Below, one piece after another: positions 10,766 through 20,815 of a stretch of DNA of 64,000 nt. Within the stretch, counting starts at the first letter, position 1, and every line of letters begins with the position of its first letter. The translations under genes were made by a program, and so were the position numbers. The stretch is taken from assembly GCA_965198115.1 (NCBI GenBank), contig OZ240241.1, positions 5,792,001-5,856,000 of the forward strand, written 5' to 3'. This DNA comes from Candidatus Latescibacterota bacterium (GTDB lineage: Bacteria; Latescibacterota; UBA2968). Below the pieces are notes generated by a model. The model worked only from the letters and a program-made list of their open reading frames with translations. It was not told the origin of the DNA and made no database searches.

Positions 10766-12217
10766 TTAACGTGGGTCATAGGACTCCGTGGCCGGATCGG
10801 TAAACCGAAGGCTGTAGAGATCAGCATCTGCAAGTACGAAGCGGAGTCTAATTGGCTTCCCCTCCAGCGATCCAACCTCTGTGCCGTGTTTCCAGAGCAC
10901 CGGCTGCTCCAGCGAATCGCCAAACAGCTCTTCGGCATCGTCGAGCGTGTATCCTTCGATCGCCGTTCCCTCAGCATCCTGAACTTCGACCCTCACCGAC
11001 CCTGCCGCGCCGGTGGCGTAGTTGATCAGGAGCTTTCGACCCGTGAACAGCAGCGGTTTGGTGATCAGCTCACCTCCCCGGAGCGGCGCGGACACCGAGA
11101 CGAATCCGTCGATTCGAACCGTGTGACGTCGCAGTCTCGCGTGAGTCGGCTGGTGGCTGCCCTCGCTCACGAAAAACGAGAGTTCGTTGATCCTCTCATC
11201 GCGATCTGAGGGTGTCTCGATCAGGCCGAGGCTCTGGTAGTTGTCACCGTAAAACCATCCGTCGCGTGACCAGAGACCTGGTCGCAGGAACGATTCTTCC
11301 CAAACGTGGAAGTGCTGACGGTCTCGACTCGACATGAATATACCGTCCGTGACCGCCGTGCCTTCCCGGTAGGAGACGCGTGCTCGCATTCTCCTGTATT
11401 CGGGGTGAGGGAGGTAGTCGGTCGCAGGCTGCCAGGGCCTCTGAACGTAACGGGTGGGGAATCCCAGGAAAATGTGAGGCGCGCGGTAATAAGGCTGAAT
11501 CTGGTTCGTATAGAGCTCGCTGACCCGGCCAGGTGTGTAGTTCAGCCACTGCGGCTCTGTCCATTCGCGAAAGTCCGCCGAGGTGCACGTCTTGATGTCT
11601 CGGCCCTCGCGGAAATCTCGAATGTAGGCCCGGTATTCCTCCCTTGTCGTGTCCCAGAACGCCAGGTTCTGAGAATCGAAGGCGCCGTCGGTGATGACGG
11701 CCGAATCACCGATCTGGGTCCAGTGAATCCCGTCTGGTGACGAGAAGGCGAGCAGGTTTCCCTTTCCACCTCCCAATGCTTTATAACGTTCCGCATCGGG
11801 GATTTCTCTTCGTGGATCGACGTGGGGACACAGATTGTGGACGGCCTTTCCGCCCACGTCTGAGGTCAGTACTACATTGTTGCGTCGATGTCCGCCGACT
11901 TCGAACAGGTCCAGCTCTGGCCTTTCCCAATGGATTCCGTCGGTGCTTTCGGCCACGCACGTGACCTGGCCACCGCTGAGATATCCGTCCGGGAGGTAGG
12001 TGGCACCAGATCCTCGGTAGTACATCCTAAAGCGGTTGTAGTCCCGGAACACCGTGACGTAGCCACACGTGTTTCCCTCCCACGGCCGATCGTAGACGAG
12101 AGCGACTTCTTTTGGCTGAGGCGTGTGCAGCCTAAGCGCGGCGCCGTCGGACAGCTGATCCACGAGATAGTCGTCGACGAAAAGCTCGAGTCTGGATTCG
12201 ATGTTCAGCGGCGGCAT
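10766..12217 (-). CDS. Glycoside-hydrolase-like beta-propeller protein (GH32/GH43-like fold) with C-terminal beta domain
   Basis: ELFVDDYL, PWEG, ESTDGIHW, SPDGIHW Asp-box-like repeats, FDSQN, RIDGFVS, LRFVLADADLYS. Confidence 0.7.
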   Translation of the reverse strand: MPPLNIESRLELFVDDYLVDQLSDGAALRLHTPQPKEVALVYDRPWEGNTCGYVTVFRDYNRFRMYYRGSGATYLPDGYLSGGQVTCVAESTDGIHWERPELDLFEVGGHRRNNVVLTSDVGGKAVHNLCPHVDPRREIPDAERYKALGGGKGNLLAFSSPDGIHWTQIGDSAVITDGAFDSQNLAFWDTTREEYRAYIRDFREGRDIKTCTSADFREWTEPQWLNYTPGRVSELYTNQIQPYYRAPHIFLGFPTRYVQRPWQPATDYLPHPEYRRMRARVSYREGTAVTDGIFMSSRDRQHFHVWEESFLRPGLWSRDGWFYGDNYQSLGLIETPSDRDERINELSFFVSEGSHQPTHARLRRHTVRIDGFVSVSAPLRGGELITKPLLFTGRKLLINYATGAAGSVRVEVQDAEGTAIEGYTLDDAEELFGDSLEQPVLWKHGTEVGSLEGKPIRLRFVLADADLYSLRFTDPATESYDPR

Positions 12218-12224
12218 ACGTTCC

Positions 12225-13052
12225 TCAAGTTCGCCTGGCGAGAAGTGGGGCGAAAGTCGCGTAACCTACGTTGCACGATTCTTCGAAGTCCATATCCGTG
12301 AATGTCTCGATCGAGATGGCCTCACTGAGTCCGATCTCTCGCAGCGTCTGAATAATCATGACGTAATCCACATCCCCCCCACCCGGAATGCGGTGTTCGT
12401 AGTCCGGATACGCACCTACGTGGTCCTTCAGGTGGGCGTGGAAGATGCGGTCGCCCCATTGGTCGGCTACCTCGGATGGGTCGTGGCCAAGTAGTGTCAG
12501 GTAACAGGGATCGAAATTGATGCCGAAGAGCGGATGATCAACCTCCTCGTGCAGCTGCAAGAACGCCTCCGGCGTCTCGACGATCCAGTTCTTCCACACA
12601 CCATCGACGGCCAGCTTGACGCCTCTTGGTTCCGCATAGTCGAGCGATCGCTTCAGATAGTCGACGACCCGGTTCCAGGCTTCGGCGCGCTTCGCTTCGT
12701 CCTCCTTCGGTCCGCCCATATGGAATACAACGAGTGGAGCACCGACGTCCACGGCGAGATCGACAGAGCCATCGAGGTCGAGCGGCGTGTCGGTGCACAA
12801 TGAATCAGCCAGCGGAGCGTGTGTGATGATGGCTTCGATCGTGAGGCCGAGACGCTCCGCGGTTGCGTGGGTCCGGCCGCGGAGGTCGGACGTGACAGAC
12901 ATCGGGTCGGCCGACTTTCCGTGCGTACCGGAGATGTCGATCCCGTCGTAGCCAGTTGCCGCGATTTTCTCGAGGGCTGGCTCGAGGGGCATCTCGAGAC
13001 GATCGGTATAGCTGTAGGTGTAGAAAGCCAACCGCACGTGTCTATCCTGCAA
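12225..13052 (-). CDS. Sugar phosphate isomerase/epimerase (xylose-isomerase-like TIM barrel)
   Basis: GYDGIDI, GINFDPCY, HAHLKD, PGGGDVDY, ISIET; start uncertain. Confidence 0.85.
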   Translation of the reverse strand: MQDRHVRLAFYTYSYTDRLEMPLEPALEKIAATGYDGIDISGTHGKSADPMSVTSDLRGRTHATAERLGLTIEAIITHAPLADSLCTDTPLDLDGSVDLAVDVGAPLVVFHMGGPKEDEAKRAEAWNRVVDYLKRSLDYAEPRGVKLAVDGVWKNWIVETPEAFLQLHEEVDHPLFGINFDPCYLTLLGHDPSEVADQWGDRIFHAHLKDHVGAYPDYEHRIPGGGDVDYVMIIQTLREIGLSEAISIETFTDMDFEESCNVGYATFAPLLARRT

Positions 13053-13977
13053 CTTTCTCGAAGACGCGCAGCCAATTACCGCCCAAGATCATCTCGATTT
13101 CGTGAGCCTGGTATCCCTTGTCCAATAAGGCAGCGGTCACGACCGGCAGGTCCGAGATGTCACTCATGAAGTGGTGTGGGATCATCTCGAAGCCATCCCA
13201 ATCACTGCCCAGGGCCACGTGTTCGGGTCCGACAAGGGCGGCGATGTGGTCGATGTGTGCGACGAATCCATCGATCGACGCGTCGTTGGGATCGTCTGTG
13301 ATGAACTTGGGTACGGGCGTCACGCCGACGAGTCCATCCGAGCGGGCGACTGCGCGTATCTGTTCGTCTGTGAGGTTCCTGGGATGGGAACAGAGCGCGG
13401 AGGCATTGGCGTGTGAAGCGACAACCGGGCCGCCGTAGAGTTCGAAAACGTCCCGGACACCGGCGGGCGCAAGATGTGAGATGTCGAGCATGATTCCGAG
13501 GCATTCGATTTCCTGCACGAGTTCCACGCCGAAAACCGTCAACCCGCCGCCACTGCGAATTTCGGATACGCCGTCGGCTGCCTGGTTGCGATCATTCCAG
13601 GTGAGGCCGCAATTTCGTAGACCGAGACGATAGAAGACGTGCAGCATCGTGAGATTGCCATTGAGGGGCTCGGCGCCCTCGATGCTGAGGATGGTCGCGA
13701 TCTTGTCCTCGGCCTTCGCTTTGCGGATGTCTTCCGCACGGGTGGCGATGGAGAAACGTTCTGGCCATCGCTCGGCGATCTGGTGGGAACGTTCGAGGAA
13801 GGGCAGGAGGTCTTTCGGCCAGCTCTGGCGGATGTGAGCGGTAATGCCGCCTGCACGCAAGATCTCGCGATCGTCGAATGCATCCTGGAGGTTTGGATAC
13901 AGACGGTCGTAGTGGCCGTCGATGACGATCGAATGGCGGTGGAGATCGAGGGCGGCTGGATCCAGGCTGTCCGTCAC
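13042..13977 (-). CDS. Membrane dipeptidase (M19) family protein
   Basis: IDGHYD, SIEGAE, LTWN, DISH, ASHAN, HPRNLTD, LGSDWDG, GGNWLRV. Confidence 0.92.
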   Translation of the reverse strand: MTDSLDPAALDLHRHSIVIDGHYDRLYPNLQDAFDDREILRAGGITAHIRQSWPKDLLPFLERSHQIAERWPERFSIATRAEDIRKAKAEDKIATILSIEGAEPLNGNLTMLHVFYRLGLRNCGLTWNDRNQAADGVSEIRSGGGLTVFGVELVQEIECLGIMLDISHLAPAGVRDVFELYGGPVVASHANASALCSHPRNLTDEQIRAVARSDGLVGVTPVPKFITDDPNDASIDGFVAHIDHIAALVGPEHVALGSDWDGFEMIPHHFMSDISDLPVVTAALLDKGYQAHEIEMILGGNWLRVFEKVAG

Positions 13978-14774
13978 CCGACTTTCTCAGCTTCGGGCTC
14001 TTCGAAGAGAGATGGGAAGTGGCGGAGGGGATCGCCCGGGGGACGGAAGAGGATTTCCTGGCGCCAGGTGAGGTCGATGTGTTCGGGCGGCTGAACCCGG
14101 TTCTGTCGCCACGCCGTATGAGCGACGCAGTACTTGTAGAGGAGCGAGCGACGCTGGTGAGCGGCATTCCAGTCCGAGGTGCCGTGAGTGAGGGCCTCTG
14201 TAAACAGGATGGCCGATCCGGCGGGTGCCTCAGGGTGGATGACGCAAGGCCAGGTGTGAATGTCATCCTGAATGACCTGGGGCAGCTTGTAGTTGCTTTT
14301 GTGGCTACCAGGGATACAGCAGAAGCCGCCGTGATCGGGTCCCGTGTCTGCCAGGTTCCAGGAGACGACGATAAATCCTTCCAGGATCTCGTGCCGGCGC
14401 AGATGATGAAACTCACCCGGCGAGGCACCCGATGTCGGGGACGTCGCGCCATAATCGGCGTGGAGCCGACCGCGCTTCATCCCTTTCTCCTGCTGCATCC
14501 CGTATAGACGATCGAGGCGAAAGGCGTCCCCCAGTCGAAACTGCAAGACGGGCATAATGCTGACGTGGTCGAGCAGATCACAGTAGGGTTTGCCGTAATC
14601 CAGGAAGCCCGACCCATCAGGGGCGCCGCCAAATCGAGTCGATTCGCGGGGCGGCGGAAGCTCCTGGGCGTCGAAGAGTTCGTTGAGCTCGTCAACATCC
14701 TCTGAAGCGAGCGCGTTCTCGATGACGAGGTAGCCCTGGAGGTCGAAGAGGTATTTTTGGAGTTCGAGGTCCAT
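13974..14774 (-). CDS. PhyH-family Fe(II)/2OG dioxygenase (HxD)
   Basis: FDLQGYLVI, LHADYG, GGFCCIPGSHK, FTEALTHGT, RRSLLYKY. Confidence 0.88.
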   Translation of the reverse strand: MDLELQKYLFDLQGYLVIENALASEDVDELNELFDAQELPPPRESTRFGGAPDGSGFLDYGKPYCDLLDHVSIMPVLQFRLGDAFRLDRLYGMQQEKGMKRGRLHADYGATSPTSGASPGEFHHLRRHEILEGFIVVSWNLADTGPDHGGFCCIPGSHKSNYKLPQVIQDDIHTWPCVIHPEAPAGSAILFTEALTHGTSDWNAAHQRRSLLYKYCVAHTAWRQNRVQPPEHIDLTWRQEILFRPPGDPLRHFPSLFEEPEAEKVG

Positions 14775-14861
14775 CGGATCATCCTCTAGAAAAACAACCA
14801 CGAAGACACGAAGGCACGAAGAAAGGCATATGCAAAGAACACCCTGCCGAATCAGGTTCGC

Positions 14862-17374
14862 TCAATCCGGATCCAAGTAACTGGGGACCACGACGGTGGA
14901 ATCAGATAGTAGGACGCGACAGGAAAATGTGAAGGCACCCCAATGGAGGCCTGGTTCCGGGTTGTCGAGGTTTACGAAGAGGATGTTTTCCCCTTTTCGC
15001 AACTCTACTTCGACGGCCCTGTATCGATAGGTTGGGGTGCCCGCCCAAATCCTGAACAGCCTCGTCATTAACGCGAATCTTCATCCCCCCGGCCCAACTC
15101 AGGTGGAGGGTGGTCGTTCCGCCTGCTGGCATCTCGAGGGCTGCTACGGTAGTCGCGTTCGCAGGCCAGGTGACGTTCGAGACGTTGCTCCTCACGTTGA
15201 AGACGTGCGAAAAGTCGATGAAGCCGTGGTGCGCCACCCGTCGGATACCCCCAGGCACGCCATCAGTGCGAGATTCGAGGACGGCGTCGCCTTCGTAGAG
15301 CGACCAGCTTCCATCATCGGGTGAAGCCTGGACGGCATCCGAAGCCTGCGATCCAATCTGGGTCAGCAGGTCGTACTTGCCCCTTTCGACCTCAACTTCT
15401 CCCATCCAGTCCCCGTACACAAGATCCTCATACGATGGCATTCGGACCGATGGACGATGTGGCTCGGTCTGATACCAGTAAGACGTCATACACATATCGT
15501 TTGCGTGGCTTCCCCACCGGAAGTGAAGGGATTTCTCGAAGGGGAGCGCATCGTGGACAAAGAACCGGTAGGCACTGAGAACGTGACGCGCGAGGGCAGG
15601 ACCAGCGTCCCGTACTCGAGGTAGGGAATACCAGCGTAGAGGTGTGTATCCGCCTGATGCCTAACCCCTCCGAAGGCCGCATCGAAGCTGTTCTCACCAC
15701 CACCGGCACGAAGGTAATGGGGAACGATGCCTGCTTCGCCGGTAGCCTCACCGTCGATGTAAAGATTCTCTGAGCCGGCGTGTGACCATCGGTGCTCGTC
15801 GGATCGCAAGCGCACCCCGATCGAAAATCCAATCAGGCGCCCACGCCCGACAGCGTCCATCACGAAGAAATCTTCACCCCAGCCGGTGGAGGGTCAGGGT
15901 TTCCTCCAGTCCTTCCTCGAGGCTTGCCACGGCAGACTGATTCATCAGCTTGAGTTCGGGTTTGAGTGATTCGAGTGCGGCCTTTGCCTCCTCGTAGGTG
16001 TCGCAGTCATAGGCTTTCTGAAGTTTCCGTCGAACTCTTGGACGTTCTGCCTCCGGGAGGTAGCTGACGACGTTCTCGCGCTTGTGCCACTGACAGCGAT
16101 GCACGCACACATCCCCTTTGAGGGCTTTGGTGACGGCACTGCGGAGTCCCTTTGAGCCGTCCAGCACAACGAGAAGGCCCTGGTCGTAGCACAGGCCTCT
16201 CCGGATGAGATCCTGGATCAGCTGACGGCAGATCCGTTCGTTCTCCGTCGCCGATTCGACGAAGCCCAGGGGGATCTTCTGGCCGTCCGTCGTGACGCCC
16301 AGAGCGATCACGATCTCTTCGTCGGCAAAGCTCTTTCCGTCGATGAACAGGGCGACCAAGTCGTAGTCGTCGAGCGGTCGTTCCTGGAACTGCTTCAGCT
16401 TCTTTGCGGTGGCTTTGATGAACCGTCGCGAGACGGAGGATGCCGAGATTCCGAACGCTTCGGGTACCGACTCTGCACAGGCTCTGTAGTTGCGACAGGA
16501 GATTCCCTTGAGCACACGAAGCAGCAGCTTCTCATCCATCGCTCTGGGCCTCTGCATCCCCCGGTATGCGGCCAGAGAAACCTCCGTATCGGACTCGACG
16601 TCGCGCACACGGGGAACGGCCACCGGCAGCTTCTGGTCCATCAGATACACGGACCCTTTCTGGCTTCCCCATCGACGATGCGACTGCTCTGAACCCTTAC
16701 GCGCATACCGAACGCCTGCGAGCTGCTCCACCTCCTGCTGGAGCACGTCGGCAACGGCCTCCAGACCCAGCGGAATCAGCGCCCGGATCACCGATAAACG
16801 CGTCTCCAAATCCATAACGTCTGACCCAACCTTGACTTCGCCATCCCCTGCAAATAGTTTCTCCATCGTGGGCTCCTTTCTTACGGGTACACGCTCTCAC
16901 ACGTCTACCCACAACGTAAGTTTGGAGCCCTTTAAGTTTCAACTAGGATAGGGACCTCACCTCAGACAGATACTTATGCCAGTCGAGCGTGTAGATGAAT
17001 GTGGATTCTTCTAAAGCCTCGACCTCAACGCGAGCCGACCGGGCGAAGGGCATCGGGAAACAGCAGGAGAACCCTCCGCGATCCTTCACCGAGAGGAAAC
17101 AGCTGTTGATCGGGTAGTAGATTTCGTCGTTGTGGATGCCGAAGAAATCGGGCAGGGGACACTCGACGCTTGGCTCGGCTTCGTCGTCCCACCAGATGCG
17201 CAGGATGAAGTTGCGATTCTCGCCAGTGCGGCGGTGAGTGACGTAGAAGTGACGGATGCAGCCTGGGCCATCGAGTTGGGCGATGACACGTTGTTCGCCT
17301 GCTTCCATCGGGTTCTTGGCGACGACGCGTTCGTAACGGAATCTGGGAGGGAGGTTAAGGCCTTGGTCGATCAC
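14862..17374 (-). pseudogene. DUF2961-family (GH172-like) protein interrupted by an IS256 remnant, plus frameshifts ~15610 and ~15035
   Basis: N-part GPGCIRHF, LRIWWDDEAEPSVECPLPDFFG, FPMPFARSARVE. C-part GSENLYIDGE, GGENSF, (shifted) AYRFFVHDALPFEKSL, YWYQTEP. Confidence 0.82.
15874..16961 (-). mobile_element. IS256-family element, right part deleted (transposase 16866-15874 truncated)
   Basis: VPRVRD, GISCRNY, FIDGK, IALGV, VLDGSKGL, RCQWHKRENV. Left end GGTGAGGTCCCTATCCTAGTTGAAA. The protein stops at TLHRLG before the TN.IE motif. Confidence 0.88.
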
Positions 17375-17416
17375 GGGAGGACTGATGAGTGCCTAATTAG
17401 AGATGACAGGGTCCAG

Positions 17417-18925
17417 TTATTCTTCCGTTTTCGTTGTTTCCCACCCGATGGGCGTCCAGTTCGAGGCATAGATCTCCTCGTTCAGGACAACTCCATCAAC
17501 GTCGTGGTGACGGAAGATGACCTGCGGGAAGCCGTACTCGCCCTGGACCGTGACGGAGAGGAAGCCGCCCACCGGGTTGATATATTTAATCATATCCAGC
17601 TCTTCATTGTTGATCTTACTCGAGTGTACGTCGGTCATCGCACCCGAGCCGAATTCGAGCACGCCAGTCGTATCTTTCGATGAAAACTGCCAATGGCGAT
17701 CTCCACAGACGACGGCCACGTTGTTCTCCGCAAGGAACGAGCGGATGATGTCGCCTTCATACTTGAAGTTGGGATTCGCGTGGTTGTCGAATTTGGTGAT
17801 GTGTTCAGGACCGACGATCGTCGAAGGACTGACCAGGATCTTGAAGGTCGCGTCTGACGCTTTGACGGTCTTCTTGAACCAGGCCATCTGTTCCTTTCCC
17901 CAAATGGTCTTCTCAGGACCGTCGGGCATCGGGTTGGGGCTGCGATAGTCACGACCTTCTGAGAACCATACTTGGAGATCCTTTCCCCATCGGGCGGTTC
18001 GGTAGGTCTTTGGCGACATCGGCAGCTGTTCCCGAAAAACGGCCTGACCGTCGGCGAGCGTGAAGTTACCCATTCGGTTGATCTGGCCCGGCCATCCGTC
18101 ATTCTGCCACGTGTCGTGATCGTCGCGCATGAAATAACTTGGGATCCGGTTGTGAAAATCAAGCACACGCGGAAGGGCGTGCATTCGATGCCAGTGGAAT
18201 CGGGCAAGGTCGATATGCGCCGCGTAGGGGAAAAGGTGATCGTAGTAAACGGCGTCGCCCGTGTGTACGAAGAAATCAGGATTCAGTCCGGCCATCACGG
18301 GGTAGATTTCGTTTCCATCCGGGTGATCCAGGTTCTTCCAACGCGTACACGACACGACGGTGAACACGATCTCCGAAGGATCACTCTTTGGCGGCGCCGT
18401 CGTGAAGCGACTCACGACGGTTGCTGAAACCGCGCCTTCCGTGCCCCGGGCGTCGACTCTGAAGTCATAGGTTGTTCCAGGCTCCAGATCCTGCAGTCCG
18501 AACTGGTAGGTATAGTCATCGTTTTCCTTAGCCGCATTCCATCCAACCACTTTCTGGTCATTCGCACCTTCTCTCCAATACGTCAACTTCACGAAACCCG
18601 GAGCGCCGGGTACGGCGTTCACCATATCTGCCAGAGCTTTCCCTTCGGGGAGTTGACGCCAATAGGGATCGTCGCTGGAGTGGTTTGGCATCTCGATCCG
18701 GTCGATGCTCGGCAGTCCATTCGCGTTGAGTGAAGTCGCAAGGTCGCCGATTTGAAAGGGAACGCCGTTGAGGTTGCGCTGGGGCAGCGCGGTCAGCCGT
18801 GACCAAATGATACCGGATGTGCTCGTGACCTCGCCGATCTTGATGCCGTTCGCCATATAGGGCTGGGCAAACGCGCCTGACACGGCAACAAGCAGAGTGG
18901 CAACTGGGAGAAGGACGTACTTCAT
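17417..18925 (-). CDS. phoD: Alkaline phosphatase D family protein, secreted
   Basis: Signal peptide, GEVT..IIWSR, HTGDAVYYD, DDHD, GRDYRS, GDRH motifs. Confidence 0.85.
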   Translation of the reverse strand: MKYVLLPVATLLVAVSGAFAQPYMANGIKIGEVTSTSGIIWSRLTALPQRNLNGVPFQIGDLATSLNANGLPSIDRIEMPNHSSDDPYWRQLPEGKALADMVNAVPGAPGFVKLTYWREGANDQKVVGWNAAKENDDYTYQFGLQDLEPGTTYDFRVDARGTEGAVSATVVSRFTTAPPKSDPSEIVFTVVSCTRWKNLDHPDGNEIYPVMAGLNPDFFVHTGDAVYYDHLFPYAAHIDLARFHWHRMHALPRVLDFHNRIPSYFMRDDHDTWQNDGWPGQINRMGNFTLADGQAVFREQLPMSPKTYRTARWGKDLQVWFSEGRDYRSPNPMPDGPEKTIWGKEQMAWFKKTVKASDATFKILVSPSTIVGPEHITKFDNHANPNFKYEGDIIRSFLAENNVAVVCGDRHWQFSSKDTTGVLEFGSGAMTDVHSSKINNEELDMIKYINPVGGFLSVTVQGEYGFPQVIFRHHDVDGVVLNEEIYASNWTPIGWETTKTEE

Positions 18926-18968
18926 CGTACCTCGCTGGTTGAGGTGGGAGCAGCTCTGAGAAAAATGA

Positions 18969-19772
18969 TCAGCGACGCTTGTTCGGCAGGACCCACACGT
19001 CTTTGAAGAATCCTTGACGACGCTCTGAGAGCCCGCCGATGACGGTGGGATTCATACAGGGCTTCGGCTCGTGATGGCGGACGGCCTGGTGATTGTAGGC
19101 CATCAGGATCGCGCAGCGCGGGTTGGCCTCGTGCGTCCATCTCGAGCCGGTGTGCCTCACGCCTTCTGAAAAGACGACGAGGCTTCCGGGTGGGCAGCCG
19201 TAGGTCTCCCAGACACCCGAATCCGGGTCGTCCGCCTCATCGGGCCACGTCTTCGTCTGAGCAGAGCCCACGTTGGCCTTGTGTGAACCCGGAACGAGAC
19301 ACGTACCACCCTTCCCTTCCGCGACTTCGTTGAGCTCCCAGACGACGCGCGTCATTCCGCTGTAGATCCGGCCGTTGTGAAATCGGTAAGACAGGCAGGG
19401 ATCGAGGTTGGTTCCGCCCACGTGCGGTCGCCATTGTTCCGAGTCATCGCCAGCAGCCCGACGAGATACAAAGACACTCTCGAGCCTGATACGTGCCGCA
19501 TCCGGATCGATGACTTCCCGCAGGATACCCATCACACGCGGATGGTCGATCAGGGATTCCCCCGGACCGGCCATCGGGGCGCGGTGATGTTCCGGTAGGC
19601 TGTCCGGATCGTCGGAATAGACGTTGACGTGGTCGCGAACCGTCGCCGCTTCCTCCGCGGTCAGGACGCTCGGTATGACTATGAAACCCTTGAGATCGAA
19701 GAGGAATTTCTCGTAATCGGACATCGGGTGAACGGCTGCGGCATCTTCGACGGGTTGGGCGGCTACTGTCAT
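18969..19772 (-). CDS. PhyH-family Fe(II)/2OG oxygenase (HxG variant)
   Basis: FDLKGFIVI, LIDHP, PHVGG, GGTCLVPGSHK, FSEGVRHTG, PRCA; the N-terminal extension in the ORF track is spurious. Confidence 0.85.
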   Translation of the reverse strand: MTVAAQPVEDAAAVHPMSDYEKFLFDLKGFIVIPSVLTAEEAATVRDHVNVYSDDPDSLPEHHRAPMAGPGESLIDHPRVMGILREVIDPDAARIRLESVFVSRRAAGDDSEQWRPHVGGTNLDPCLSYRFHNGRIYSGMTRVVWELNEVAEGKGGTCLVPGSHKANVGSAQTKTWPDEADDPDSGVWETYGCPPGSLVVFSEGVRHTGSRWTHEANPRCAILMAYNHQAVRHHEPKPCMNPTVIGGLSERRQGFFKDVWVLPNKRR

Positions 19773-19896
19773 TCGGTTGACTTTGTTGTTTGATGTGATG
19801 GGCGGGTTCTCGACCCTTCGGCTCCGCTCAGGACAGGCTCCCGCTCGAACTGACCGCCGCCAAGATTGGGCTGAATTGCTCGGCAGTCTGTTGCAG

Positions 19897-20730
19897 CTAC
19901 GACCAGAGATAGACTTCGGGATCGTCCTCGGATAAACCGATGAAGGAGGCGAGGACACATCGAGGTCGGGAGCCGGAGACGGACGGCACTTCGTGGATGG
20001 TTTCGCTATAAAAAAAGTAGAGATCCCCTGGCTCGAGGTGGACCTGGACGCGCTCGATACCCGTCTCTTCTGCGAATTCGTGGAAATCTCGCTGTTCGAG
20101 GTGGGCCTGGATCTCTGGCCGGATCGGCGCCCGGTAAAGGACACCTTGTCCGCTGTCGCCCTGCTGTTCGCTGTTCTGAAAACAGAGCACGCCTGCGTAC
20201 TGATGCTGGAAACGAGAGACGGCGAAGTTGTAACGTCTCGATCGCTTCGAGACCGAATCGTAATGCGGGCCGTGGCCGAGGCCCTCGTGGTAGGTCCTGA
20301 AGATCGACGGGCCATAGAGTCGGCCGTCCGGTTCCCGTGCGACCATCACCTGCTTTTCGGGCAACAGTTTCTGAAGCGTTCCGTAAAGTGTCTTGACGGG
20401 ATCTTCGTAGTCTTCGAAGAGCGTGGCGAAGAGTTCGTGTGTGCCTCGTGAATGTTCGTAGAACTCGTCGGGAACGTTCGCGTGATGACCGAGGCTCGTA
20501 CCGATGTCAACGCGGCGGGGCGTACCGTCTCCCTTTTGTCGCGGGTCATAGAGGAGGTCCCGCTCGTAGAACCGCTTCATCAGGGCGGCACAATGATCCG
20601 ACGGATAGGCTTTGCGGACGATGACGCACGGAATCTCGCTCGTCCGCAGTGCGTCCAAAGGCCGGGGCATCTGTTCGAGGATTTCCTCGACGGTACCCTC
20701 TACGGGAGTCCAGGTTGTGGTGGTAGACAT
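19897..20730 (-). CDS. Putative Fe(II)/2OG oxygenase (DSBH fold)
   Basis: GPHYD, LEPGDLYFF, IHEVP, RCVLASF facial-triad and Arg pattern. Confidence 0.7.
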   Translation of the reverse strand: MSTTTTWTPVEGTVEEILEQMPRPLDALRTSEIPCVIVRKAYPSDHCAALMKRFYERDLLYDPRQKGDGTPRRVDIGTSLGHHANVPDEFYEHSRGTHELFATLFEDYEDPVKTLYGTLQKLLPEKQVMVAREPDGRLYGPSIFRTYHEGLGHGPHYDSVSKRSRRYNFAVSRFQHQYAGVLCFQNSEQQGDSGQGVLYRAPIRPEIQAHLEQRDFHEFAEETGIERVQVHLEPGDLYFFYSETIHEVPSVSGSRPRCVLASFIGLSEDDPEVYLWS

Positions 20731-20815
20731 TCAGGTAACCCTTTGAATCGAGAATCGATCCGCCTTCGCCAAGGCTACGGCGGACAGAGGATCGAGAATT
20801 GAACTGCGGCTATGG

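Noticed and set aside
17417-18925. PhoD without a twin-arginine signal as a novelty
   Set aside because: Sec-type or lipoprotein PhoD homologs are common enough that this is not distinctive.
19773-20315. N-terminal extension of the 448-aa ORF (also those at 26942-27076 and 39273-39320)
   Set aside because: They overlap another gene or translate intergenic repeats (ACPERSRR, LVLSVVEG, SVLRALRG-type peptides); better starts lie downstream.
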